Below are positions 12,206-23,907 of a stretch of 64,000 nt of DNA, piece by piece. The notes below the pieces were generated by a model. That model did no database searches and was not told the origin of the DNA. It worked only from the letters and a program-made list of their open reading frames with translations. The stretch spans positions 248,001 to 312,000 of the forward strand of contig JBEWZL010000278.1 in assembly GCA_045837725.1 (NCBI GenBank). The letters are read 5' to 3'. Position 1 is the stretch's first letter; the number at the start of each line of letters is the position of its first letter. The position numbers were made by a program, and so were the translations under genes. Origin of the DNA: Vermamoeba vermiformis. Taxonomy: Eukaryota.

Positions 12206-15117
12206 TTAAGCTAATTGCAGCTCTTCAGATTGATTCAAAAAGTGCTGAATAAAATTCGCCTTTCGTTTCAATGTGGCCTCGCTCTCTTTGGGCACATTAG
12301 GAGGCTTGTGAATAAGCACACTTGAGAACACAAATGCTGAATAAGAGGCGATTAGAATACAGTCCATGCCTTATAAGGCTAAATTCTTAATTAGCCCTCC
12401 TTACCTAACTTCTCCGCGGTCAATTTGTTCTTCGTCTCACGCTGCAGCACCACGCGCAAGAAAGCCATGAGATAATAGAACACATTGAAGTGCACTTCAG
12501 GCAGTGTGGACACGACTTGTTTGGACAGCGGATATGATTGCGCGGAGTCGAGGGCCTGTTTGTACTTGTCGAGCGGAATAACTGACTCGGGCAAACTTTC
12601 CAAGAATCTAAACGACAGGTCAGTTAATAAGAACGGCTTTGAATAACACAGTAGACTCACGTGACCAGTGTCTCAGCCATGGAGTGAATGTTTTCAATCT
12701 TGTTGAACTCAGAGCCCGTGTCCAAGGCCTCGCGAATGGCTTCAATCTCCTCTTGATCTCCCGACTCTAAAAATAGATCCTCTTCTTCCAGCGCATTCTT
12801 GTACAAATAATCCACGATGCGCCACAACTCTTTGGGGATCTTCAGCTTGACAAACTTTTCAGTCTCAGGCAGTGCAGGGCTGTCTCGGACGGGATGAGGA
12901 TAGCGCACGAGTTGATTCAAACTGCAGCCGAATGACGACTTCATGTAATTGCCGCTGATCAGAATGAAGTAGTCTTTGCCGTTCTCCAAGTGCAGCACTA
13001 AAATATCTTCCAGCTTGTCTTGGCCTGAATTGAGCTCAGGAGCAGTAGCACGGTCAACATTGATGATGAATGCGATTTCAATGGATTGGCCAGGGACGAG
13101 CATGCCAAAGGGCGGATGGATCTGCAGCCAGGGCTTGCAAATGTTGGTGTCATTGGGCTTGGCAATGAATTTGAATCGCACAACGACCTGCAGGATGAAT
13201 GAGCCCTAGTCTTGAATGCTATCATTCAAGATAGTATTTGCTTACCTTTCCAGAGTTGGTCAATGTCACAAATTGTTTTGCTGGCACTCCGAAATGAACA
13301 TTGCCGAAGTTAGCCTCGCGTGATCTGTGAGGTCGGTTAATACGGCTAGCGATACGACATTCCATATATGGCAGTGGCCACACTCACGAGATGGTTGCAT
13401 CGGGCTGAATATCGTTCTCGAGTCTGTCGAGTTGTTTGACAATGTCTGAATAGACCACGGACTTGGCAGACTGCACGATAGACTTGACAATGACCTGGAA
13501 CATGGCTGACACGGGTCTGTGATCGCTGCACAACAGCTCGTGACGGCCGTAGCGCAGTGTCTTGATGTCATCGCCCTTGAACAGAATTCTATCGCACCAC
13601 GCTGGAATACGTTTCTTTTCACTTGGGGCACGGTGTTAGTGCACACGATACGTTAATAGCATTAGCATCGCTCACCCATTGTCATATTCAGTGCTGCCAT
13701 TAGCGTACTTGTAAGTCGGTGCAAAGTTGATGGGCGGTTCAACCCAGCCATCTGCAAACACTTTTTTCTGTTTCATTTGCACCATCATCTAGCCACAGTC
13801 AGCGACACTGAGTTCATTGCATGGTGCGTGACTTACTTGATCAGCTGCCAGCAAATGAGGCCAATCTTGTTCTGCAATCTTTTGACGCACTTCAGCATCG
13901 GGCAAGTCAATGCGATAGTTCAAATCTCCGAACCAGAAGATGCGACTGAGGACTGATTAGCATACACTGTGTGATATTGCTAGCATCATATAACTCACTC
14001 GTGCTCGCCAATTGAAGTCTGCACGCCATCAACAACGAAGTACGTCTTGGCCGCAATATCGAGGTAGTCTTGATTTCTGCGCTGCACATTGGTTTGATGC
14101 GCGTTGAAGTGGGCGTTGATGAAGCAAAATGTCGTGTCGTAGAACTTGAAGCGCACTGCTGCTGCGCCTTTGTTGCCCTAATTAGCGAAGTGAGCATATG
14201 TTCAACTCATAATATGACACCCCAATACGTACCATGACACCCATGATGCCTGTAGTGGTGATGGTGGATTGCACTTCAGATATTTTGCTCACGTGTTTCT
14301 TGTTGACAAACACGATCAACAACACACCGACCAGCTGTTTCGTCGTCACCTGTCACACGTGTCAATGTTGCTGTGCTGTGTAATGAATTCAAATAGCCCG
14401 TACCAAATAGTACTCGACGAGTTCAGGCTTGGCATTCAATGTTTGAGCAATGGCCTCGCTCCACGGCGCAGATCTCGAAACCATTTCACGCAACAAGAGT
14501 GACTCGGCACTCATATCGAGCTCTTGCAAACTACACGCAAAGTGATTGGTCAATATCAATGTGGTCGTATTATCGTGGTGCGTACCCAATAGCGACAATG
14601 TCAGGCGGATTGTCGTTGTAGCTGTTGAGCCACGGCGCGAGTGACTCCACGCCTGGCTTCTTGCTGTTGATGTTCCACGTGCCCACATATATACTAGCAA
14701 CCGTATTAATAGGGGACCACAGAACGGTGACACGCAAAATTGAAATAAAGTTGAATAACATCGCCGTAATATTGTTCTTACGTTGTATTAATTTTTTCTG
14801 TAAATTCGTCCTGTCGTTCTTTCAAACCGTGTGCAATCCACGATTTTTTCAAATTTTCCCAGACTGCATCTGTAATTTCTCTATTTTCCGCCAGTTGTTT
14901 GTTAAAAAAATCAACTAATAATGGTACCAAATTAATAAACGTAGATAAGCAATATTATTACAGTGAACTACGCCTACGTACTTTCCGGGGTAACAACAGC
15001 TGCTGTTCCGTTCTTAGGCTCTGTAAATATTATTTATGAGCATGACAATGGTTATAATGAATATTGATCCATAATAAAGCAGCACGTACCACCGCCTGAG
15101 TTTGAGGTAACGCTCAT
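12206..15117 (-). CDS. OCRL: Inositol polyphosphate 5-phosphatase with ASH and RhoGAP-like domains (OCRL/INPP5B family)
   Basis: YVGTWNIN, PDIVAIG, LQELDMSAE, FWFGDLNYRI, PINFAPTYKY, PAWCDRIL, SDHRPV, LEDILVLHLENGKDYF and IPKELWRIVDYL. Spliced 5' exons run from ATG 15117. Confidence 0.92.
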
Positions 15118-15812
15118 TGCAAATCTACGCAAATTCGTTAATTTCGAATGTTAAATCGCTATAATGATATCTAATGTGCACGAATAAATTGCAGAATTTA
15201 GGCAGAAGGTTTTGGGCCTTTTCAAAACTCGGATCTAGATCTGAATCCACCCTCGAGGCTTACCAGCACCAATTAATTGTCTAACGATAATATTATAGCA
15301 AGCCCGTGATATCTAAGGCTTGTTAGTGCTGCAATGCAAGACAATTTCAAATAAAATAACCGAGCACGCAAATTCCTGACAGTTGAGCGCCTCAACACCT
15401 TTTGGCCTCCGTTCGCACGAGCATAGGCTTATATATATCAAAGTCGACTCGAATGAACCTTTTCATTCCTACGAAAGATCTTCAGGGAAATCGGTGGGAA
15501 AGTGATCGGATGTCGGTTAGTTTGTAAATCCATCCTAGCGTATTACAGAAGGTAGGATACTTGTGAATGTCTTACAGGCTCTTAATATGCGTTAAAATCA
15601 CCTCGCACCCTTTCGTTAAACAGCCGTCAATCCACTCTTTGATTCGCTGAGTTTTCGATTCAATTTCGAACTTTTATAAGCACGAGCACAAGAATACTTC
15701 ATTTTGGTAAAGAAAATCGCTAAGAAGCTTGATAAGTGTCAAGTTACATACGTTTGCTACTGCAGAATAGTAAAGCACCAAGCTTCGAACGGATTGCGAA
15801 ACAAATCAAGTC

Positions 15813-17683
15813 ATGCTGAATTACTTTTTCTCCTCGGGATCCTCAAAGTCCACTAACAATAACGGTATGTATTTTTATAATAACAAAAGGCTTAAAATCA
15901 TTGGCAAATAAGATTTTCAACAATATTTGCGGACTCGATCGGAAAAGAAATTAAGCTCACGAGCCAATGCAAATTAAAATTAAGCCTTGCTTTGTAATTA
16001 AAATTGTTTATAATGTCAGAATTTCTCACTCATTTATCCATAGAACCTGAACAAAAGAAGGAAGATCAAACCAAAGCTCTCGATCAGGATGATTTCGTTG
16101 ATATTTCTGTGCAGCAACAACAACAGCATGCAAAAGACAAAATCGACGAGATGTTACAACGAAGCTTTGTTATTCTCGATGACTACAAGCCTGCACAAGA
16201 GGTCAAGTCAAATCCGGAATTAAATCCACAGCAGAATTCCTCGTCGGTGATTACTTTTGATCCCGTGCCTCCTCCTCCTCCCCAAGCACCCCCTCAAGCG
16301 CCCCCCGCGCCTTCATCCTCAATTCTCTCCTCTTCACCTCCCAAATCCGAGAGTTCCGGTTGGAGTCCTTTCGAATTTATCGAATCCACCATCAGAACGC
16401 ACATGAGCAGCCCTCCCCCTGCGCCAGTCATTCAACTTCCCCCTCCTGAGACCAAGCCTGACAACACCAACTTCTTCTTTGCTGCTGGCTTTGCAGGCTC
16501 GTTGCTCATCTCGTTCTTCGTTGCGATCTGGCGCACCAAGCTGATCAACGCATTCAATCTCCTCTTGTGGTGCGCAGGACTCGTGACCATCACCGTGGTG
16601 ACACCTGTCTTCGTGCTGCCTCACTTCAAGAACAGCACCAAGCTGGGCATGTTCATCGTGCTCGTGACCGGCTATCTCTTGCACGCCCTCGCAGCCTCGC
16701 ACTGGTGGCTCGCACTCTACGGTGCAGCACTCGTCTTCTCGCAGTACAAAGAGGATCACGACAAGGTAAGGTGTGCCTCCAGCTCCATTAGTGCTGACTC
16801 CTAGCAGTCTAAGGCCGCAGTCACTGTGCCATCAGGTCGTGCTTGGATGAACACAATGACGCGTCAGATCTTGGGCTATTTGACTGGCCTCGATGTCGAT
16901 GAGTTTGACATTGGCTCCACGCTGCCTACTTTCAGAGAAATCTCGCTCGCTGAAAAGTCCTCCATTGGTGGCCCTGGATTCGTACGTACCGTGCTCTTTA
17001 TCTCTCTGACAGCCGCGCTAACATCACCGCTAGAACATGCAAGTGTGCTACAACTACAGCACTGATGACAGCACCAAGATCAAGCTCTGGGTGCCTGTCA
17101 CTGTGCCAGGCTATGGTGCGCTCAAGATTCCGTTGTTTGTCGCTGGCCCTCAAATCGCTGGCAAAGTAAGTAGCACCGTTGTCATGTAGTACTTGCCACT
17201 AACTCTTGCGTTCAGATGCGTTTTGACGGTCGCATTGAGAAGTGTGCGTACATCAACATCAAAGATCAACAGCCGCTCAAAGTCGAAGAGAATTTCTTCG
17301 CCCTCGCCATGTCATTCGATGCCATTGAAGAGATCCACATCTCCACCATCAAAGTCTTGCTCGCGCCCAAGTGGGAGTGGTTGCAATGGTTTGACCGTGT
17401 GAAGCGTGAGATGAAGTCGTTCATCAACAGCGTGCTCAACACGGAACAAATCACCGTGCACCTCTTCGACAAGAACTTTGTCTACGTGGGCAGTGTGCTG
17501 CGAAAGAAGAGCGAGACTGAGAACACGTGGACCACACAGGACGTCGTGGAAGAAGTCAAAGTGTGCAAGAAGTGCTCGCGCAAGTACTTTGCTGCGAGTG
17601 CGATGTGCTGCTGCGACAAGATCGAGCCCATTGCAGCGACGTACATCAGTGGCCATGAACTCCCTCCGACTGAATCGTGCTAG
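15813..17683 (+). CDS. Membrane protein with TM helices and a probable SMP/TULIP lipid-transfer domain
   Basis: ATG 15813, with intron 15865-16043 joining in frame. A Pro-rich region and 3-4 TM helices precede WMNTMTRQI...LDVDEFDIGSTLP, which resembles an SMP start. C-terminal CxxC..CCC. Confidence 0.6.
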
Positions 17684-17899
17684 ATTTAGTGACCTGCGAA
17701 ATTATTGTACATACCTCCCCGACCGTAAATATTGTAAATCTGTTATATATCTAATTATACTTACTGCAGTGTATATACTTCAGTCCTTAAATAAACTCAT
17801 ACACTTAATTGAAAATTTCGCTAGTTCCGCATGTTTACTTTGTGTCGTGAAACACAAAGATTAAATATCTACATTTTGAACATTGTGGTGGTGATTTCC

Positions 17900-20729
17900 T
17901 TATTTGGAAGGTGTGGCTGTACTATTGTTAGCGAACAACTCCTCCGCAGCCTTGCGCGAGAAGTACGGCAAGTACTTGGGCTCGTACAACATCTGTTTGA
18001 TGTACGGTGCAATTTTGGCGCGGTCAAGTAGCTCGCGCACAGGTGGATCGAGATTGAACATCTCAGTCACGGTGTTCAAGAACTTCTCTAGTCGCTCGAT
18101 TTGATGGTGACCAACGAGTTCAGCGACAACAAGATTGAATAGCCTGTGGTCCAATGCAATCTTCCTCTTCTGCATATCTTCAAAGACTGTGTCAAAGTAG
18201 GCGAGGTCACTCTTCAGCTGCAGCAGTATGGTGAATGTGAGTGTGTCGGGCTGCACGCGGAATCGTGAGAACATGTTCTTGCACACACTCAGCGCCACAT
18301 CGGGTCGCTTGCCATTTCTGCACACAGCGAGCAGCGTGTTGAGTGTGACGAGGTCTGGTGTCAGCGAGTAGGGCGGGTTCAACATCTTTTCAAGCAACTT
18401 CTTGGCCTCTTCGATGTTGTCCTTGCACGCGTCAATAGCAATGTTGAATGTGTAGACTGACGGGCGCAGCTGTGCGTTAGAACCTTGTTCGTGACCCTTC
18501 ATCATCATATCCAGCAGTCTGTTAAACACTTCCATATTGTTCGCACTACGGGCGGCTTTGAGTGTCAGATCTACAATAGTTGCGTCGAGTGGGAATGGTG
18601 GCGAGTGCGAGCTCTCAAAGTACTTAGAATAGAGTGCGAGTGCTTCATTGTACAGCTTCTGATCGTTGAGTGCGCGCAAGAGAATGATGAACGAGACCGA
18701 TGTGTGACTGATGCCGCGCTTCATCATGTCTTGGTGCAGACCTAGCAGCACCTTGCGCAATCGCTCGCTGCCTGCCTCGCTCGTTCTCTTGTTGCGTGAC
18801 CTAAGAATATATTAGCGCGCATTCAATAAAGCGGGTCGTAAAGCGATGCAATTTAATATTAATTCGAAGAAATTGGACGAAATTGGTACTTACTTGAAGA
18901 ACAATTTAAACAAGGTAGCATAATTAACTACTTCTGCATAATTCTGTTCTTGAATCTTCTCGAAGATCTTCAATGCTTCATTGAAATCACCGCTCTAAGT
19001 CATCATTGTACCGTTAGCTCACTTCAGATCTGTTACCTTTGACATACCTCGACCGCGATGTTGAGAAGAATATTGTAAGTGGCTCTGTCCAACATTATAC
19101 CCTCTTGAACCAACTTGTCTCTGTATTCAAATGCCTCTTTTGCCATTCTCTTGCGCGCATAAACGTGCAAGATAGAGTTGTGCGTCATGATCTGCGGCTG
19201 TGTCACTGCTTTCATCTCGTTCAACAGCGAGAAGGCCGTGTCAACATCGGGGTCAGCAGAACGAGAATAAGCACGCAGCAAGAGTTGATAGTGTTCTGGT
19301 CGCCAGATATTCGTGTCTTTGAATCGCTGTGCTATCACTGCACAAATCTGATACTCGCCGCGCTCAGCCAAGTGCTTCATGAGCACGTGCACCATCACGC
19401 GCAACACTCTGCGGAGTATTCGGTCAATCAAGGGTATTGTAACAATTATCCGCGCTGCTTACCGTGACGACGAGGTCTGTTTTGACAACAATTCAGTGGA
19501 CATTTCGAAGGACTTGAGTGCCTCGTGCACTTGTCCTTGATGCAAATACGCGCTGATCAGTGCCTCACAGGCCTAAAAATAGATTTGTGAACATCATCAA
19601 CGCTGTATAACTCCACTGCACGTACTCTAATGATCACTGTTCGCTCGCTCGTTTTAGACAATTCTCCTATGATCTCATTCCAAGTACTTTGCACCGTTGG
19701 AACATCGCCACGTGTAGCTGCAATCTAAATATGGTAATCAGAATCTTTCACAAATCTTTAAATAAGACTTTGACGTGATTGCACGGCCAATCAATGAATA
19801 ACGAGCCTGCATTACGTACCAACATCTTGTTCACTGAATTCACCAGCTGTTCGCGAGGGCCAAGTGTCCGCTCATCAACGTCATTTTGAAACTCGATCGC
19901 CTGACTCGCGAATCCATTGGTTGCGAATATAGGAATGACTTCTAAATACAAGCGCGTCAAATCTACACTTTTCAAGGACTTGGGCTTCTCTTTGACATAT
20001 TTGACAAGTGCGCGGAAATATGTCAAAGCTTCATCTCTCTTCTTCGCGCGAATGAGTGTCTTAATATATAGCAAATAGATCTCTGTCGTGGGCTGTATAT
20101 TTGAACGTAATTAGACATTGGCATAAATAAAAGTGCAGGACAAAGACGCACTTGTTTGTTGGCCTTATGAATCGTTTGGACTATAGTGCGCGCTACTTTA
20201 TGATCGCCCGTCTTTTCGCACACGTGCATAATTAGTTCATAAGTCTCTGAGTATTGACACGCTATTAGAACGAGTTATAACGCCAGATCTACTGGTACTT
20301 GCCGTCTGTTGGCTTCACGCCGTCTGCTGTCATTTGTTGTAAAATTTGTGCAACGCTTCCATAGTCCTTAGATGCTATTAATTGGTTCATACGGTCGTGG
20401 TACTTTTTCTGGGGCTCTAAAAATAGGAAAAAAATTGTTAAACCCCGTGTACGAATTAAATAAGGTCTGTAATTGATCGTGCATCATAGAAAAATACCTA
20501 ATAAAATTTAAATATTTTTTTAAATACCTTCTCTGCCAGTTTGATTGACTAATTGCTGCGAGGAGTAGCATCTTGTGGGCGTCAACAGATTTGAACTCGG
20601 TAAAAATCGAGGAGCTGACCGAAGGCTGAACAACCCCGAAGAGCTACTTTGGACGCCAGCCCGAACACTTCGGCCAAGTGTTGCAGATTGACAGCTCAAC
20701 AGTCGCTTGGACAGAAAGCGAAGAGCCAT
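17900..20729 (-). CDS. Pentatricopeptide-repeat (PPR) protein, probably mitochondrial
   Basis: N-terminus MALRFLSKRLLS is R/S-rich like a transit peptide. 35-aa repeats include PSVYTFNIAIDAC, PDLVTLNTLLAVC, PDTLTFTILL and THNSILHVYA. Confidence 0.88.
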
Positions 20730-20986
20730 CGAGCTGTAATAACGAGAGCTAAATTTAACGGAGGTAGGTGAGAACTACCCAGCAAGCTCGAAATTTGTCA
20801 GGTGTGTGACAATCGAATAAAATTTAACTCACCCAATCAGATCGCAGTTTGAACCAGTTGTTGACCAAACGTTGACCAAAAACAAAATAATCACGTGTCC
20901 AAAATTGGAACCAAAAAAAATCTCGCGTTCAGGTTCGTGTTATTGCTCAATTTAATTCCAACAACTACACACACTCCAACGCAAGC

Positions 20987-22696
20987 ATGTCCAAGTTCGT
21001 CCGCAGCTCAAAGTTCCGTCACGTTTTCGGAACTCCCGGCAAGAAGGAAGAATGCTGGGACGGCATCCAGATGTCCAAGAACGCCTGGGACTCCAACTAC
21101 TTGGATGTTAACGGCAAATACATCGCTGTTTGCTGGCAAACCGCTGGTGGTGGTGCTATTGGTATCTTGGATGCTGCCAAGCCTGGTAAATTGGGCAAGG
21201 TTGGCCTGTTCACTGGCCACAAAGGACCCGTTTTGGATCTTCAATTCTCTCCCTTCAACGACAACCTCGTCGCCACTGTCTCTGAAGACACCACCGTTAA
21301 AATCTGGCAAATCCCTCAAGGTGGTTTGACCGAAACCTCTGAAGATGCTGCCCAAACTTTGTCTGGTCACGGCCGTAAAGTTGGTACTTGCAACTTCCAC
21401 CCCTCTGCCAACAACATTTTGGCCACCTCTGCCTTGGACTTCTCCGTCAAGATTTGGGATATTGAAGCTGGCAAGGAACAGTTCGCCGTCTCTGGCCACA
21501 CTGGTATCATCCAATCTTGCGTCTGGAACTACGACGGTTCTCTCTTGGCCACTTACTGCAAGGACAAGAAGGCCCGTGTCATCGATCCTCGTAGCAGCAC
21601 TGTCGTCAGCGTAAGTTATTTATTCCCCTTTTTTTAAAATTTTAAAAACTCAATTTCACAACAAAAAGATATTTTTTTTGTATCCGTTCAATTTTGGATT
21701 TAATGATTGAATTTATCCGCTCTATTGTTATTATCGCGCTGTGTTATTAAAATTGGAATGATAAAATTCTAACGTGCTGTATTTGATTTATAGGAGGCTG
21801 AAGTTCACCCTGGTGTTAAGGGTGGTCGTGCCATCTGGTTGGGCAACACTGGCCGTTTGTTCACCGTTGGTTTCTCCAAGACTGCCGAGCGTCAATACGC
21901 CGTCTTTGACCCCAAGAACATGGGTTCTCCTTTAATCGAACCTACTGGTAAGTTGCAACATCTTCGGCAAAAAAAGTTTTAATCGTTGGGGGTTATCTGC
22001 ACCCGAAAATTCAGTAACATTATAATATGTTAATTGAAGATATAATTGTCGAATTATTATTTGATTGCTAATTGCAAAGTTTGGACCTTTTTTTGTTCTT
22101 CATCTAACCGAAAAATCTTTTTTTCAGGTATTGATAACAACTCTGGTATTATTATGCCTTTCTACGACGCCGATACTGGTGTTCTTTTCTTGGCCGGTAA
22201 AGGTGACGGTAACATCAGATACTACGAATACATTGAGGACCAAATCTACTTCTTGACCGAATACAAGTCAGCCGTTCCTTGCCAAGGCATGGCCTCATTG
22301 TCCAAGCGCAATGTTGACGTTAACACCAACGAGATTGTTCGATTGTACAAGGCCACCGCCACCGTCGTCGAGCCCATCTCCTTCAAGGTGCCCCGTAAAT
22401 CCGATCTCTTCCAAGACGACTTGTTCCCTGACTGCCCCTCTGCTGAGCCCGCTTTGTCTGCCAGCGAGTGGTCCAGTGGCAAGACTGCTGCTCCTAAACT
22501 CACCAGCCTCAAGCCTGGTTTCGTTCAAAAGGAGACCAAGGCCAGCACTTTCAACCCCGTCAAGCAAGAGTCTTCTGGTCCTCAAACCGAAGCTGAATTG
22601 CGCGCTGAATACGACAAGTTGAAGGCCCGTGTTGCTTATTTGGAAGCTGAAGTTATCAAGAAGGATGCTCGCATTAAGGAGTTGGAGAACAAATAA
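20987..22696 (+). CDS. corA: Coronin (WD40 actin-binding protein with C-terminal coiled coil); 3 exons
   Basis: MSKFVRSSKFRHVFG, GHKGPVLD, LFLAGKGDGNIRYYE and VPRKSDLFQDDLFPD. Strong high-expression codon bias. Confidence 0.97.
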
Positions 22697-22886
22697 GAAA
22701 ATTAATTTATTATATCATCTAATATTGGCCTACGAGTCGAATATTTGCTAAAAAACCTTGTTACATTACGAAAATAAATGTAGTTGTTAAATTAAAATAC
22801 AGCGTGTACTTTACAAAATCTTTATTGATTCGTGTGTGCAACGCGAACACAAATGTGAGCTAGATAATCATCATAAGATTGCAATA

Positions 22887-23575
22887 TTACTGAGCAGTCT
22901 TAACGAGAGTAGCGCGCAAGTGTTGTTGATTGGGCTGTTGCACTGCTGCCATGCTGAGCGTGACTTGTAGCTGGTCTCCATTCCACACATAGACGCGTTG
23001 TAGCTGCGCGACTTGTTTGGCCGTGCTAGTGAGGCCAATGCTGCGCGAAGTAGTGCTGAGAGTGAGCGGTGAATACAGCGGCAAGTCACCTTCAGCTACT
23101 TCCGATACACCTGCAGCATTGTTAGTACTGAATGTTTTGGTGCACCAAACAACCACAGTACCTGAATTATGTGCGATCACGAATTGCGCGTCTAATTTAG
23201 GGCCTTTATTGGGCAACAGCGTCAAGAAGCCTGACTCGAAGTGCATTGGCTTGTCGAAGTTTGGTTGGCCGTCTTCAGCGACAGCGTATGATTTCTTGCA
23301 AATATTATTTTGTATAATTTTCAAAATTAATGTCTTACTTGATGATATTGAATGATCGGTTTGGAGGGCAGCGCTTCAAATCTGAAATATTCAAATTTTT
23401 AATTAATTGAGATTATTCGTGATCGAACCTACTTTGTCTCCTCCCAATATTTAAAATTGGTTATCGTAGGATAGCTTCCTTCTCCAAAGCCAGTGTAAGT
23501 GCCGAGGATAGAGCTGACTTTCTGCAATGACGGATGCAATTCTGTTTGCACGGGCGCGGGTTGTTTACTGCACAT
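22887..23575 (-). CDS. Nitrobindin / THAP4-like heme-binding beta-barrel (DUF1794)
   Basis: LHPSLQKVSSILGTYTGFGEGSYPTITNFKYWEE, PMHFESGFL, IAHNSGVSEVAEG and QQHLRATL. Confidence 0.85.
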
Positions 23576-23907
23576 TTTGGTTGGTGATTATGTTACCGCG
23601 GTTTGATGGTAATTGGTAATAACACTTAATCGGAGTTAGCGGTCAATCACGTGTCGGTGGATTTAAATTTTCCGACGCTTAGAGGGAAAGAAGATTTGGC
23701 ATGGTTTAATTATTTATTGAAGAATTTCGCTTATCTATATAAATTAATCGCGAATGATGTTGGTCACTACCTAAGCAGCTTCGATGTACGGTCACGTGTC
23801 AATTCGTAGATTTCACTCAAATTGACTCGGTACAACAAATTGGACCTGTTAATTTCAACGCAATTAATTGCTTTGTATATAGAATAGAATGTCACTCGGC
23901 ATTACTT

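Noticed and set aside
21612-22127. snoRNAs in the unusually long coronin introns
   Set aside because: No convincing box C/D pair with a terminal stem or H/ACA hairpins is visible. The introns are simply AT-rich.
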